A DNA stretch of 64,000 nucleotides from Candidatus Omnitrophota bacterium (GCA_049324575.1 JBMONI010000004.1:43960-107959), one strand, 5' to 3'; numbered from the stretch's first letter, positions 37,039 through 46,679 are shown. The notes: a model not told the origin generated them from the letters alone. Made by a program: numbers and translations.

Positions 37039-37881
37039 CTACGCTGTTTTGGAAACCCCGGCCTCCGCCAGATAAGCCGCCAGGGCGCGCAGGGACTCCT
37101 CCCGTTCCTTCTCATGAAAGATCTCGTGATAGAACTTGGAAAAAACCTTCATGACCTTGCGCGGACTCCGGATCTTGGAAAAGATCTCCTTCGTGGCTCC
37201 GAAATCCACGACCCGCTCGTCCCCCGCCAGCAATCCGTAGACCGGGAACGGGACGTTCCAGGAACCCGATCCGAGCAGATAGTCGCTTTGATCGATCATG
37301 GCGTGAAGAAGGCGCGTCGAGACCTTGCGGCGCACGAACGGGTCCTTCTTGTATTTTTCCATTTCCTCCTCGTCATGCGTAAGGAACGGAGGATAGACCG
37401 GATTCATATAGGAAAAACGCGGAATGGATTCGCTGAACGTCCGGTTGAGGTGTTTCAGGATCTTCGGGATCACGATCCCGAAGCAGGGCGAAAAAAGGAA
37501 AAGCGCCCGGATGCGCTCCGGCCGGCGGAGCGCGTAGGAGAAAGCGACCAATCCGCCGAGGCTGTTCCCGGCAACCAGGTAGGGCCCGGCCGCCTGACGC
37601 TCTTTTTCGAGCATCTCGATGAAAGCGTCGGCGTCCTTCAAAAAATCTTCGAAGGTCTCGACATACATCTCCTGCCCCTCGGAGCGGCCGTGGCCCCGGT
37701 AATCGAAGGCGGCGGTCGAAAAGCCGAGCTTCTCGGCCTCATGATCGACATTGGCAAAGCGGCCGGAATGTTCGCCGAGGCCGTGCAGGATCAAAAGCCA
37801 CGGTTTGCCCGCTTCCCCGGCACGGACCCGGTAAAAAAGCCGGGTCCCGTCGAAAGTGCGAAAATATCCCATGTCCTTCAT
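37039..37881 (-). CDS. Alpha/beta hydrolase, lysophospholipase/monoacylglycerol lipase family
   Basis: HGLGEHSGRF, DYRGHGRS, GNSLGG nucleophile elbow and FYHEIFHE. True start is ATG 37881, overlapping the upstream stop (ATGA); the ORF-track extension to 38391 is spurious. Confidence 0.92.
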   Translation of the reverse strand: MKDMGYFRTFDGTRLFYRVRAGEAGKPWLLILHGLGEHSGRFANVDHEAEKLGFSTAAFDYRGHGRSEGQEMYVETFEDFLKDADAFIEMLEKERQAAGPYLVAGNSLGGLVAFSYALRRPERIRALFLFSPCFGIVIPKILKHLNRTFSESIPRFSYMNPVYPPFLTHDEEEMEKYKKDPFVRRKVSTRLLHAMIDQSDYLLGSGSWNVPFPVYGLLAGDERVVDFGATKEIFSKIRSPRKVMKVFSKFYHEIFHEKEREESLRALAAYLAEAGVSKTA

Positions 37882-39710
37882 AGGGCCCCCGACGCCGCCT
37901 GAGCCTGGCGTCCGCGCGCATAAAGCACTTCGACCGCCGCATGATAATGATCGGCGATCACGCGGCGTCGCAGTTTCATCGTCGGCGTCATTTCTCCCCG
38001 CCCCTGAGTGAATTCTTCCTCGATCAGCGCCACGAATTTCACTTGCTGGAAGGACGGGCAATCGCTCAAACGGCCCCGGACACTCGTTTCGACATGCTCC
38101 AGGATCTTCGGAGCTTGAAGAATTTCCGCATAACCCGTTTCCCGGATGCCGAGATCGCGGGCCAGCGAAAGGATCATCTCCCGTTCGGGCACAACGAGCG
38201 CCACCAGATAGGGCCGCCGGTCCCCCAGGATCACGACCTGGCGAATCAAGGGATCCTCCAGAAGACAGGCCTCGAGCGGCTGCGGCGCGATATTCTTGCC
38301 GGCCGCGGTAATAATGATGTCTTTCTTTCGGTCCGTGATCCACAAATAACCGTCCGCGTCGAGACGCCCGATGTCGCCGGTGCGGAACCAATCGCCGTCG
38401 AAGCTCTCTCGCGTCACCGCTTCATGGTTCCAATAACCCTGCATGACGCAAGGCCCCCGGGTCAGGATCTCCCCGTCCTCGGCGACTTTCACCTCGACGC
38501 CGGGAATACATCGGCCGACCGAGCCGAAGCGCACGTTTTCAATCGCATTCGCCGAGATCACCGGCGAGGTCTCGGTGAGTCCGTAGCCTTCCAGAATCAC
38601 CCACCCGATCGCATCGAAGAATTCCGCGATCTCTTTGCCGAGCGGAGCGCCTCCGGAAACGAAAAAGCGGATCCGGCCTCCGAGCTCGGCGCGGATCTTC
38701 CCGAAAAAGAGGGCCTTGCCGATCCCGTAGGCCAGAAGCGCGAGCCAGTCCACCCGCTCCCCGCGGCGGCGATTGGCCTTTACGGCGCACGCGTTCTTGA
38801 GCAGGGCCAGGATGAGGTTCCGCAGAAAACCGGGTTTGGCGCGCACGGCCCGATCGATCTTCTCGCGGATCTTCTCGAAAAACCTCGGGACCGCGATCAC
38901 GACCGTCGGACGGACCCGGCGGACATCCTCGGCCACGGTCTGCATCCCGCGAGCATAGGCGATCGTTGCGCCGGAGGAGAGCATGAAATAATAACCGGCC
39001 ATCCGTTCAAAAATATGGCTCAGCGGAAGGAAGGAAAGACACGTGTCGGTATCCCGGATATGGATCGGGGTCCTGGACCCCTCGATATTCTTTAGAATAT
39101 TCCCGTGGGTCAGCATCACGCCCTTGGGCTCCCCCGTCGTCCCGGAAGTGTAGATCAGGGTCGCGAGATCGGCGCTCGCCACACGCACGAGCTGTGTCCG
39201 CACATCGAAACCCGCGTCCGGCTCTTCCGCGGCAATCTTCATAAAATCTTCGAAGCGCACCCGTTTCGGATGCTCCCCTTCCACATCATGGAAAGTGATG
39301 ACCTTGAGGATCTGGGGATTGCGGTCGAGAAGCGGCAGGAGTTTTTTCCACTGCTCGGGGCCGGAAATAAAAAGGACCTTGATCTCCGAATCGCGCAAAA
39401 TGTAATCGATCTCGAAGGCCGCCGTCGTCGGGTAGACTGGAACGACGACCGCGCCAAGCGCTAGCGCAGCCAGATCGGCATAGGTCCATTCCGGCATATT
39501 CTCGGATAAAATGCCGACGCGGTCCGTTTTACTGATGCCGATCTTCCATAAGGCCTGCGCCGTCCGGACGACTTGGCCGGCCCATTGCGTCCAGGAAAGC
39601 GCACGGCGTTTTCGGGGATCCTGGGGATCGAGGGTCAGGAGGGCCTTCCGCTTTCCATACCGCTCCGCGGAAAAGAAGAACATCTGAGCAAGGTTCTGTG
39701 GCTCCGTCAT
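37878..39710 (-). CDS. Long-chain fatty-acid--CoA ligase (AMP-binding)
   Basis: IYTSGTTGEPKGV, SFLPLSHIFER, EGYGLTETSP, WFRTGDIG, DRKKDIII and TPTMKLRR. Start taken at MTEPQN (39710). Confidence 0.95.
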   Translation of the reverse strand: MTEPQNLAQMFFFSAERYGKRKALLTLDPQDPRKRRALSWTQWAGQVVRTAQALWKIGISKTDRVGILSENMPEWTYADLAALALGAVVVPVYPTTAAFEIDYILRDSEIKVLFISGPEQWKKLLPLLDRNPQILKVITFHDVEGEHPKRVRFEDFMKIAAEEPDAGFDVRTQLVRVASADLATLIYTSGTTGEPKGVMLTHGNILKNIEGSRTPIHIRDTDTCLSFLPLSHIFERMAGYYFMLSSGATIAYARGMQTVAEDVRRVRPTVVIAVPRFFEKIREKIDRAVRAKPGFLRNLILALLKNACAVKANRRRGERVDWLALLAYGIGKALFFGKIRAELGGRIRFFVSGGAPLGKEIAEFFDAIGWVILEGYGLTETSPVISANAIENVRFGSVGRCIPGVEVKVAEDGEILTRGPCVMQGYWNHEAVTRESFDGDWFRTGDIGRLDADGYLWITDRKKDIIITAAGKNIAPQPLEACLLEDPLIRQVVILGDRRPYLVALVVPEREMILSLARDLGIRETGYAEILQAPKILEHVETSVRGRLSDCPSFQQVKFVALIEEEFTQGRGEMTPTMKLRRRVIADHYHAAVEVLYARGRQAQAASGAL

Positions 39711-39723
39711 GGGCTCTCGAGAA

Positions 39724-40446
39724 TCAAAACTCTTCGTTCTCAGGAGGAGGTTTAACCGCCACGGTTCCCGCCGCGGTCCCGGCGTCATCCTTCACGGCCG
39801 GAGAAGCCGTCGTGGAAACCGTTTGTTTGGGAGATCCCGTTTTGCTTACGGCCGTCTGGGTCTCAGTTTTAACGGCCGCAGCCGTTTTTTCCGCGCCGGC
39901 CGTCAAAGTCGACGTCGCTTTCGCGAGCGGCGAAGAACCCGGCTGTTTCAAGTCCGGGGCCGCGGCTTGGGCATCCTTCTTTCCGGCTTCCGCAGGGCTC
40001 CCGGCATCGGCTTCCTCTTTGCGGATCTCTTCCAGGATCCGCTCATGCACATTGGCCTGGCGCATCATCTGGCTCAGGGCCGCATTGCCCGCCGCGCCGG
40101 CTCCGCTCGTCTGGATCGCGCTGACTTGCCGCAGGAGGCGCGTGATATTCGTATCGACGCCGCCCGCCGGACCGGCTACGGCCGGGGTTTTCGTCGCCGT
40201 GTAAATCTTCGGAACCTTAGGAATGCGGTAGACCGTCGGAACCGCCCCGGCTTTCATCGCTCTGGGAACGGCCGTCCCCGCACCGGTATTGAGATCCCCC
40301 ACTGCGCTGGACGCGCTGGTTTCGACCGTTTTCGATGTTTCGGCGGTTTTAGAACGGCTTGCCTTGGGCTTCAACGAAAATAACATGATAAGGACAAGGA
40401 TGCCGATCCCCCCGAGGATAAGCGCCGCAACGATCTTGTTCTTCAT
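39724..40446 (-). CDS. Hypothetical single-TM, Ala/Thr/Lys-rich protein
   Basis: MKNKIVAALILGGIGILVLIMLF N-terminal anchor. ATG 40446 overlaps the upstream stop, placing it inside the operon. Confidence 0.75.
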   Translation of the reverse strand: MKNKIVAALILGGIGILVLIMLFSLKPKASRSKTAETSKTVETSASSAVGDLNTGAGTAVPRAMKAGAVPTVYRIPKVPKIYTATKTPAVAGPAGGVDTNITRLLRQVSAIQTSGAGAAGNAALSQMMRQANVHERILEEIRKEEADAGSPAEAGKKDAQAAAPDLKQPGSSPLAKATSTLTAGAEKTAAAVKTETQTAVSKTGSPKQTVSTTASPAVKDDAGTAAGTVAVKPPPENEEF

Positions 40447-41246
40447 AGAAGCCCCTTCTCTGTCTTGTTGAATCGAGGTGTTCTTTTTTCGATAAAAGCC
40501 CGCAAACCCTCTTCCCGGTCCCGGGTCCCCGTCAGGCCTGAAAATAATTCTGATTCGATCTCTTCCCCCGGCCGGCCGCCGCGTTCCCGGGCGGCTTTTA
40601 AGGCTTTTTTGGCGGCGCCGATCGCCATCGCGCTCGCACGGCTCATGCGCTCTGAAAATCTTTCGGCTTTTTTCTGAAAGCCCCAATCGCTTTCCAGATA
40701 ATCGACCCCGCCGGCTCGAAAAAACTCCCGGGCCGGCACCGGATCCCCCGTGAGGATCCACTTGCGAGCCGCCGATTCCCCGACCAGCCGGGGCAGGCGC
40801 TGGGTCCCGCCGAACCCCGGTATTATACCCAAACGGATCTCGGGTTGTGCAAAAACCGCGCTCCGGGCGGCGATCCTCAGATCGAAGGCCATTGCAAGTT
40901 CCATCCCGCCGCCGATACAGCGGCCGCGGATCGCCGCGACGGTCAGTTTCTCGGAGGCTTCGAGCTTTCGCAACAGCGCAGTCCCTTTGCGGACCACGCG
41001 GAGGACCTCCTCGGCGGTCCCGAGCCCCGCCATCGCTTTGATATCCACCCCGGCCGAAAAGATCTTCGGCAGAGCAGAGACCAGCAGGATCACGCGCACC
41101 TCGGCGTCCCCTTCGAGACCGGTCAGAATCGAGTCGAGTTCGTCGATCGCGTCCATCCCGAGAAGGTTCAAGGGAGGATGGTCCCAGACAATCTTGGCGA
41201 CCCCTGGCATACGTTCGAGTTTAAAAGAACTTGTCGTCGGCATCAT
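40443..41246 (-). CDS. Enoyl-CoA hydratase/isomerase family protein
   Basis: FSAGVDI, GGGMELAMAFD, PEIRLGIIPGFGGTQRLPRLVG and EGLRAFIEKRTP. Confidence 0.95.
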   Translation of the reverse strand: MMPTTSSFKLERMPGVAKIVWDHPPLNLLGMDAIDELDSILTGLEGDAEVRVILLVSALPKIFSAGVDIKAMAGLGTAEEVLRVVRKGTALLRKLEASEKLTVAAIRGRCIGGGMELAMAFDLRIAARSAVFAQPEIRLGIIPGFGGTQRLPRLVGESAARKWILTGDPVPAREFFRAGGVDYLESDWGFQKKAERFSERMSRASAMAIGAAKKALKAARERGGRPGEEIESELFSGLTGTRDREEGLRAFIEKRTPRFNKTEKGLL

Positions 41247-41274
41247 TCTCTTTCAGGAAGGCCTGCCCCGGGTC

Positions 41275-43287
41275 CTATTCTAGCACAAGCTGACGAATCT
41301 CTTCGAGGCGCTTTCGGGCCACGCTTTCGCCGGCCTGGATGAATTTTTTGGCCTGATGAAATTCGGTCCAATGGGCGTCCGGCACGTCGGGATGAAGATA
41401 GATATCCGCATCCTGCCCCGCCAACTGGGCCAGTTCATATTCCATAAAGAGGATTGCGTTCCCGATCACCGTCAGGAGGCTCGTGTCCTTCTGCTTCTTC
41501 ATCCGGAAGCGGGCGCCCTCGATCCACCGGGCAAGGCGCGGATGATGTGCGATCGTCCTGAGCTCGCGGTATTGGGACGCCGCGTCTGTCTCCGCGATCC
41601 TCTGGCGTTCCTTGTAATTGGCCAGGACATTGACCGCGATGATTTTCTTCACCCCGCGGCGGCGGAGCGGACTCACCGGAAGCGGGTCCACAATCCCTCC
41701 GTCTATATATTCCTGATCATGATAGCGGACCGGTTCGAAAACCCCCGGGATGGAAATGCTGGCGCGAAGGGCATCCACGACGCGCCCGCGCTCGAAGATG
41801 ACCTCTTCGGCGCTGGCCAGACGCGTTGCCGTGACCAGGACCGGGGTCCTGAGGTCCTGAAAGGTCGTATTCCCGAGATACCGCTCCATGAACTTGACCA
41901 TCTGCCGTCCTTTGATCACCCCCCGGACGAAGAACGAGAGATCCCGAAAGCCGATCAGTTTGGCGAACGCCGCGCGCTGGGAATCCAGAGAACAGGCGAT
42001 CTCCTCGAGTCGGTCGGCTTCGATCCCGGATGCCCAGAAAGCTCCCAGGAACGCGCCGATGCTCGAGCCCGCCACGATATCGACAGGAATATTCTCGCGC
42101 TCGAGGACCCGCAGGATCCCGATATGGGCAAGGCCGTACGCAGCCCCGCTTCCCAGGGCAAGCCCGATCAATTTTCCGGCGAAATCCCGCGCGAGATAAT
42201 GCACGGCGCGGTGGTACCGAGCAGGCTCTTGCGCCGCATCGGGAACGACATTGGAGATCCGGAAACTGATCCGCTTTTCGATCTCTGCCATCCGGGCGAC
42301 GCTCGAGGCGTCCGCCCACCGGGCGAGCACGCGAATATCGCTCGGGCTGAATTTATATTCCTCCTGGAATTTCTGGAGTGAAAACGACATTTTCCGAAGC
42401 TCCCCGAAATCCTGGTCCGCAAAAAGGTAGATCGTATCGGTATCCTGCAGGACCGCTTTCAACAAGGGGTCCGGCATTGCCTCCGCGCGGATCATGACAT
42501 GGTCGAAATGTTCGGTAAAATGCGCGAGGATCCTGCGCAGCGGGTGCTCGTCATGCGCTTCGGCCTCCCGGATATCGATATTCACATAGGCATACCCGGA
42601 AAGATACGGAACGGAGCGGAAGCGGCCCTCCTGCGGGCCCTCGCTCAAGGCGAACGGTTGCATTTTCTCGGCCGGGATCCCCCGGGGCACCGCGCGCCCC
42701 CCGCGGGCGTTCAGGTCGATCAGAACGACCGAACTTTTCGTTTCTTTGACGAGCGCCGCGCAAAGATCCGAAATAAACTCCACCGTATCCGGCTCTCCTT
42801 CGCGAGCGATCAGCGTGCCGATCCGCACTTCACGCGCATTCTTGGCTCGCCGCGTGAGCCGATGCCCGAGCGAGCGGTTCAGGTAGACCACGACCGCGGG
42901 AATGTCCCGGGCCAGCACCTTGAAGTCCTCTTTTTCGATCCTGAGAAGGATGCCGTCCCGCTTGGCTTCGACCGTCACACTGTGGGGAAGATCGTTCAGG
43001 ATGGAGATCTCGCCGAAGTGTTCTCCGCGATAGGCATAAAAAAGCGTACTTTCGGTCCCGGACGGCTGGGCCGCGGCCGAGACGCGGAAACGCCCGGCGA
43101 TCACGATATAGAAAGCGTCCGCCGACTGGCCCTGCCGGTAAACGATATCGCCCCGGCGGTACTCGACAAAACGCGCGCATTTTTCGATCTGGCGGAGTTC
43201 GGACGGAGTCAGAGACGCAAAAAAAGGAATGTCGGCAGGCAGACGATTCTCGGCCTCATTTTTCCGGTTAAAGCGAAAGAAATCCAT
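41275..43287 (-). CDS. Cyclic-nucleotide-binding domain plus patatin-like phospholipase
   Basis: N-terminal cNMP-binding motif (GEHFGEISIL...HSVTV). C-terminal patatin motifs GSGAAYGLAHIG, GSSIG, ASISIPG and DGG. Confidence 0.93.
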   Translation of the reverse strand: MDFFRFNRKNEAENRLPADIPFFASLTPSELRQIEKCARFVEYRRGDIVYRQGQSADAFYIVIAGRFRVSAAAQPSGTESTLFYAYRGEHFGEISILNDLPHSVTVEAKRDGILLRIEKEDFKVLARDIPAVVVYLNRSLGHRLTRRAKNAREVRIGTLIAREGEPDTVEFISDLCAALVKETKSSVVLIDLNARGGRAVPRGIPAEKMQPFALSEGPQEGRFRSVPYLSGYAYVNIDIREAEAHDEHPLRRILAHFTEHFDHVMIRAEAMPDPLLKAVLQDTDTIYLFADQDFGELRKMSFSLQKFQEEYKFSPSDIRVLARWADASSVARMAEIEKRISFRISNVVPDAAQEPARYHRAVHYLARDFAGKLIGLALGSGAAYGLAHIGILRVLERENIPVDIVAGSSIGAFLGAFWASGIEADRLEEIACSLDSQRAAFAKLIGFRDLSFFVRGVIKGRQMVKFMERYLGNTTFQDLRTPVLVTATRLASAEEVIFERGRVVDALRASISIPGVFEPVRYHDQEYIDGGIVDPLPVSPLRRRGVKKIIAVNVLANYKERQRIAETDAASQYRELRTIAHHPRLARWIEGARFRMKKQKDTSLLTVIGNAILFMEYELAQLAGQDADIYLHPDVPDAHWTEFHQAKKFIQAGESVARKRLEEIRQLVLE

Positions 43288-43294
43288 ACTTTAA

Positions 43295-43322
43295 TTATCG
43301 GAATCCGGGTGGGTCCGCTTAA
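43295..43322 (-). promoter_or_regulatory. Sigma28 (FliA/WhiG)-like promoter
   Basis: Minus strand TAAG-N15-TCCGATAA, 7 nt before ATG 43287. Confidence 0.45.
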
Positions 43323-43488
43323 CATGCTCCCCGGAACATTTCCTACGTCGCAAGCCATCCGGAAACGGTTTGATTTCGAGGACGAGAAAACGGCCTGTCA
43401 GAAAAAAACAGACCGCGGACGATTGGGAGGAGAGGACGGGAAAAACGGCGCGCCCCGAGAGGAAAAAGGGGCAAAACGCGATCCTTAT

Positions 43489-43881
43489 TTATTTGGATCC
43501 CTGAATATCCTCGGGATCGGAAAAATCATTAACCTTGGTCTCAAGCCAATGATTGTAGGCGTAGTCCAGAACCCGGAATTTATCGACGGGGTCCATCATC
43601 ACGAACCGGACGCCCTGATCGTATCCCTGGTTCTTTCCTTCCGAGACCCGGGACCACATCACCTTGCCGGTCGTTTTGACGGGCTTCGGATCGTCGGGAA
43701 TATCGATCTCGAGATCGAGAAGGGTCCCGGTGCGCACGTCGGTCGTGGAGTTCATCTTGAGTCCGTCGCGGGAAAGATCACGGCTGAGGCTGATCCCCTT
43801 CGCAGCGTCATCTTCGGACGATTTGTAGCGGACGCTCATGAAAGCATCGAATCTCTTGAACTTCCTGCGCTCTTTTTCCAT
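43489..43881 (-). CDS. PilZ domain protein
   Basis: RRKFKR (RxxxR) and DLSRDG (D/NxSxxG) motifs, GKVMW and GVRF; GAGGAGG RBS. Confidence 0.92.
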   Translation of the reverse strand: MEKERRKFKRFDAFMSVRYKSSEDDAAKGISLSRDLSRDGLKMNSTTDVRTGTLLDLEIDIPDDPKPVKTTGKVMWSRVSEGKNQGYDQGVRFVMMDPVDKFRVLDYAYNHWLETKVNDFSDPEDIQGSK

Positions 43882-43908
43882 GGCTCCCCCTCCTCTCGGG
43901 TTATTTAC

Positions 43909-43935
43909 TTATCGGCACGATGTAAAAGTTCTTAA
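43909..43935 (-). promoter_or_regulatory. Sigma28 (FliA/WhiG)-like promoter
   Basis: Minus strand TTAA-N15-GCCGATAA upstream of the PilZ gene (consensus TAAA-N15-GCCGATAA). Confidence 0.55.
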
Positions 43936-44029
43936 TAAAGTATTAAAATAATGGGGCAAAAAAAAACCCCTAAATCCATTAAAACTATAGCATAGGATCC
44001 CCGAATTTCAAGGGCAGGGGGCGAATTAT

Positions 44030-44527
44030 TTAGCGGTAATTCGTAAACTGGATAGGGATGGGAAGCTCATGAGCCCGGAGGGCCGAAATGACGGCCTGGA
44101 GGTCATCTTTGCTCTTGGACGTGACTCTCACCTGCTCGCCCTGAATAGCCGCCTGGACCTTCAGTTTGGTCTCTTTGATGATCCGGACGATGTCCTTGGC
44201 CGTCTCCTGCGGGATCCCGCACACCAGCTCGACTTCCTGCCGGAGGGTCCCCTCAAAAGCCGCCTCGGGATCCTTGAACTTCAGCGCCTTGATCGCGATC
44301 TTGCGCGCTGCCAGGCGGGTTTTCAGGATGTCCTGCACGTTACGGAGTTTCAGATCGTCATCGGCCAGGATCTTGATCTTTTTTTCGTTGCGGAGGAACT
44401 CGAGCGCGCTTTTCGAATCCTTGAAATCATAGCGGGTCTTCATTTCCTTGACGGCTTGATTGACCGCATTATCGATCTCCTGGAGGTCGATCTCGGACAC
44501 GATATCGAAGGAATTCTGCTGGGCCAT
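44030..44527 (-). CDS. yajQ: YajQ family nucleotide/c-di-GMP-binding protein
   Basis: SFDIVSEIDLQEIDNAVNQA, RYDFKDSK, KVQAAIQGEQVRV and QFTNYR. Start at MAQQ (44527). Confidence 0.95.
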   Translation of the reverse strand: MAQQNSFDIVSEIDLQEIDNAVNQAVKEMKTRYDFKDSKSALEFLRNEKKIKILADDDLKLRNVQDILKTRLAARKIAIKALKFKDPEAAFEGTLRQEVELVCGIPQETAKDIVRIIKETKLKVQAAIQGEQVRVTSKSKDDLQAVISALRAHELPIPIQFTNYR

Positions 44528-44529
44528 GT

Positions 44530-44904
44530 TCAGGCAAGGACCTTGAAACCTTTGTCGATCCTGTCTTCGATGAAATGCTTGAGCTGGTCCTGCTTCGCCT
44601 GTGAGAGCCCCACGAACTCGATCCCGGTATCGTAGGCAGCGATCTTGGACGAGCCCGGTATCTTGCGGCCGATGATCCAGCAGATCCGGGCCGGGCATTC
44701 GATCGAACCCTGGCCGTCCATCTCCAGGCGGACCTTGACCGCCTCGAATCGTTCTAGGGGCTCGGATTGGACGATGCAAACGCCGCCCGTGCCGACATTT
44801 TCGGTCACGGCATTAATGACCTTGCGGCCTTTCTCGACGTGGATCGTGACCTCGCACTTCAGCTGGATCCGGGGAAATTTCCGCTGATTGAAGCCGTCCC
44901 ACAT
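44530..44904 (-). CDS. PilZ domain protein
   Basis: QRKFPR and NVGTGG motifs, ARICW and GIEF. ATG 44904 follows AGGAG; TTG 44910 is an alternative start. Confidence 0.9.
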   Translation of the reverse strand: MWDGFNQRKFPRIQLKCEVTIHVEKGRKVINAVTENVGTGGVCIVQSEPLERFEAVKVRLEMDGQGSIECPARICWIIGRKIPGSSKIAAYDTGIEFVGLSQAKQDQLKHFIEDRIDKGFKVLA

Positions 44905-44916
44905 AAGCAAGCGCTC

Positions 44917-45843
44917 CTATTCGGTGATCGAACGGACGAAAGCGTCCTGGAAGGTTTTAGAAAATTCGGTCTGCCGGAACTGATGAAGTTTTTCCTGCCC
45001 CATCTGGAAGGTCGAGAACCGTCCGAGATAGACCGTGTGGTATTTGCGCTCCCCGCTCGACTCCCTCCGCATGAAGGCCGTGAAACCGGCGGCTTTCAGT
45101 TTTTCGACCAGCGGGCGTGCATCGGTCTCATTGACATAGGTCGCGATTTGGATCACAAACGTCCGTTGAGCCGGTGCCGCGGTCCCTTGGGTCTTCGCTC
45201 CCTCGACGGGCGTCAGGACCCCCTCGGAACTTTCAAAGGTCGTCGCCACCGGAACCGCGGTTTCCGCGGACGGAGCGTTTTGCTGCGATGGCTTGGCCGC
45301 GGTTTTTTTGGAAAGACCGCTCGAAGTGGACATGGCTTTTTCACGCTGGACATTTAAATAGTGAACGCCCCAGAAAAGGAGCGCGATCCCCGCGATCGAA
45401 AGGCACCACACCGCGATCCGCGCCGCATGGCGTCTCCGTGTCGTGACCAACCGGAGAAGGCCCTCGATCCAACCGTCCCAGAAATTCCCCGTGCGGGCGA
45501 TCGGCTGCGGGATCGCCGCGGCCGGAGACGAGGACGGTTTTTTGTAATAAGGTTCGGGCGGGCGGCTCGCAGCCGGCTGACTGATCACGACCTTGGGAGG
45601 CTCTTTGCGCGGGCTGTCGAAGAGGCCCGGCGCAGGGTCCCTGCCGGCCGGCGCAGCGAACGAACGGCCGGATTCCAGGGTCGGCAGTGAAGCTTTGGGA
45701 GGTACGGCCGGCGACGGGGCTTCTGTTTCCGTCGCGGACCCGCTCCGGCCATGATAATTCCCGTACAGCCGCTTCTGGATCTCTTCTTCCGTCAATTTTT
45801 TCATCGAACCGCTCTTTTTCCCGAATCCGCCGAGCAAACCCAT
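44917..45843 (-). CDS. SPOR domain membrane protein
   Basis: Pro-rich N-terminus, one TM helix and a C-terminal SPOR domain (FVIQIATY...HTVYLGRF...DAFV). Confidence 0.85.
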   Translation of the reverse strand: MGLLGGFGKKSGSMKKLTEEEIQKRLYGNYHGRSGSATETEAPSPAVPPKASLPTLESGRSFAAPAGRDPAPGLFDSPRKEPPKVVISQPAASRPPEPYYKKPSSSPAAAIPQPIARTGNFWDGWIEGLLRLVTTRRRHAARIAVWCLSIAGIALLFWGVHYLNVQREKAMSTSSGLSKKTAAKPSQQNAPSAETAVPVATTFESSEGVLTPVEGAKTQGTAAPAQRTFVIQIATYVNETDARPLVEKLKAAGFTAFMRRESSGERKYHTVYLGRFSTFQMGQEKLHQFRQTEFSKTFQDAFVRSITE

Positions 45844-45853
45844 GGGCCACCGC

Positions 45854-46369
45854 CTAGGCCGCTTGTTTTCCCGCCTTGGCCGAATGCGTTGAATTGTGAT
45901 TGAGATGGAATGAAAATTTCAAAAGTTCAAGGGAGCCCAGCGGCACTTTCGCCCGCTGAACGAAACCGCGTTTTTGGCAGATCTCGATCGCGCGGTGCAT
46001 CGCCGAGGTCGTCTTAAAGATCAGCTCGGAATAACCGACCTCCTGGCAAAAATGGATCGCGCGGTCCATGAGCTGCATACCGATCTTGCGTTTCCGGTAC
46101 TCCCGGTCCACGAAAAGCCGGCGCATGAGCGCTACGCGGTCGTCCTCTTTTTTGATCCCGACCGTGCCGATGATCCTCTTGCCGTCGACGGCGACAAAGA
46201 ACGCTTCGCCGAGCGCCCCGTAACTCGCGGGCAGACGCTGGAGATCCTCGGTCGGATATGCCGACGAAGAATCACCGAACTCCTCCTGCATGATCTTCGC
46301 CACGAGCTTCTGGATGGAAGGCTCTTCCCCCGCTTGATATCGACGGATCGTGATGGCCGACTGGTTCAT
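45854..46369 (-). CDS. GNAT family N-acetyltransferase
   Basis: RRLFVDREYRKRKIG acetyl-CoA-binding motif A. Start at MNQSA (46369). Confidence 0.9.
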   Translation of the reverse strand: MNQSAITIRRYQAGEEPSIQKLVAKIMQEEFGDSSSAYPTEDLQRLPASYGALGEAFFVAVDGKRIIGTVGIKKEDDRVALMRRLFVDREYRKRKIGMQLMDRAIHFCQEVGYSELIFKTTSAMHRAIEICQKRGFVQRAKVPLGSLELLKFSFHLNHNSTHSAKAGKQAA

Positions 46370-46382
46370 GGGATCGGGGGTC

Positions 46383-46679
46383 CTATTTTTTGGGCTGCGC
46401 CGCTGCGCCCGCCGCCGGTTTCGCGCCCTTGGCCGGCGCCGCCGGAGCGGCTCCCGCGGCCGGTTTCGCCTCGGCCCCTGCCGCGGCGGCCGTTTCTTTC
46501 GGCTCTTTGGTCGCTTTGACTTTGATCTTCTGGCTCTTGACCTTCGGCATATTGTAGATCGAAGCACCCGCTTTCCAGCGTTTTTCTTTCTCAAGGCGGT
46601 GGAGCCGCTCGAGTTTTTTCAAAACATTACGGTGCTTCACACCGACGCTTTCGACTCTCAAACTGCGATGCTGTGACAT
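46383..46679 (-). CDS. PVC-superphylum small basic protein (TIGR04137-like)
   Basis: MSQHRSL...HRNVLKKLERL...W...SIYNMPKVK pattern with an Ala/Lys/Pro tail; AAGGAG RBS. Confidence 0.88.
   Translation of the reverse strand: MSQHRSLRVESVGVKHRNVLKKLERLHRLEKEKRWKAGASIYNMPKVKSQKIKVKATKEPKETAAAAGAEAKPAAGAAPAAPAKGAKPAAGAAAQPKK

Noticed and set aside
37882-38391. N-terminal extensions in the ORF track (also 40447-40761, 44528-44779, 46370-46594)
   Set aside because: They overlap well-supported upstream genes; downstream ATGs coupled to upstream stops fit better.
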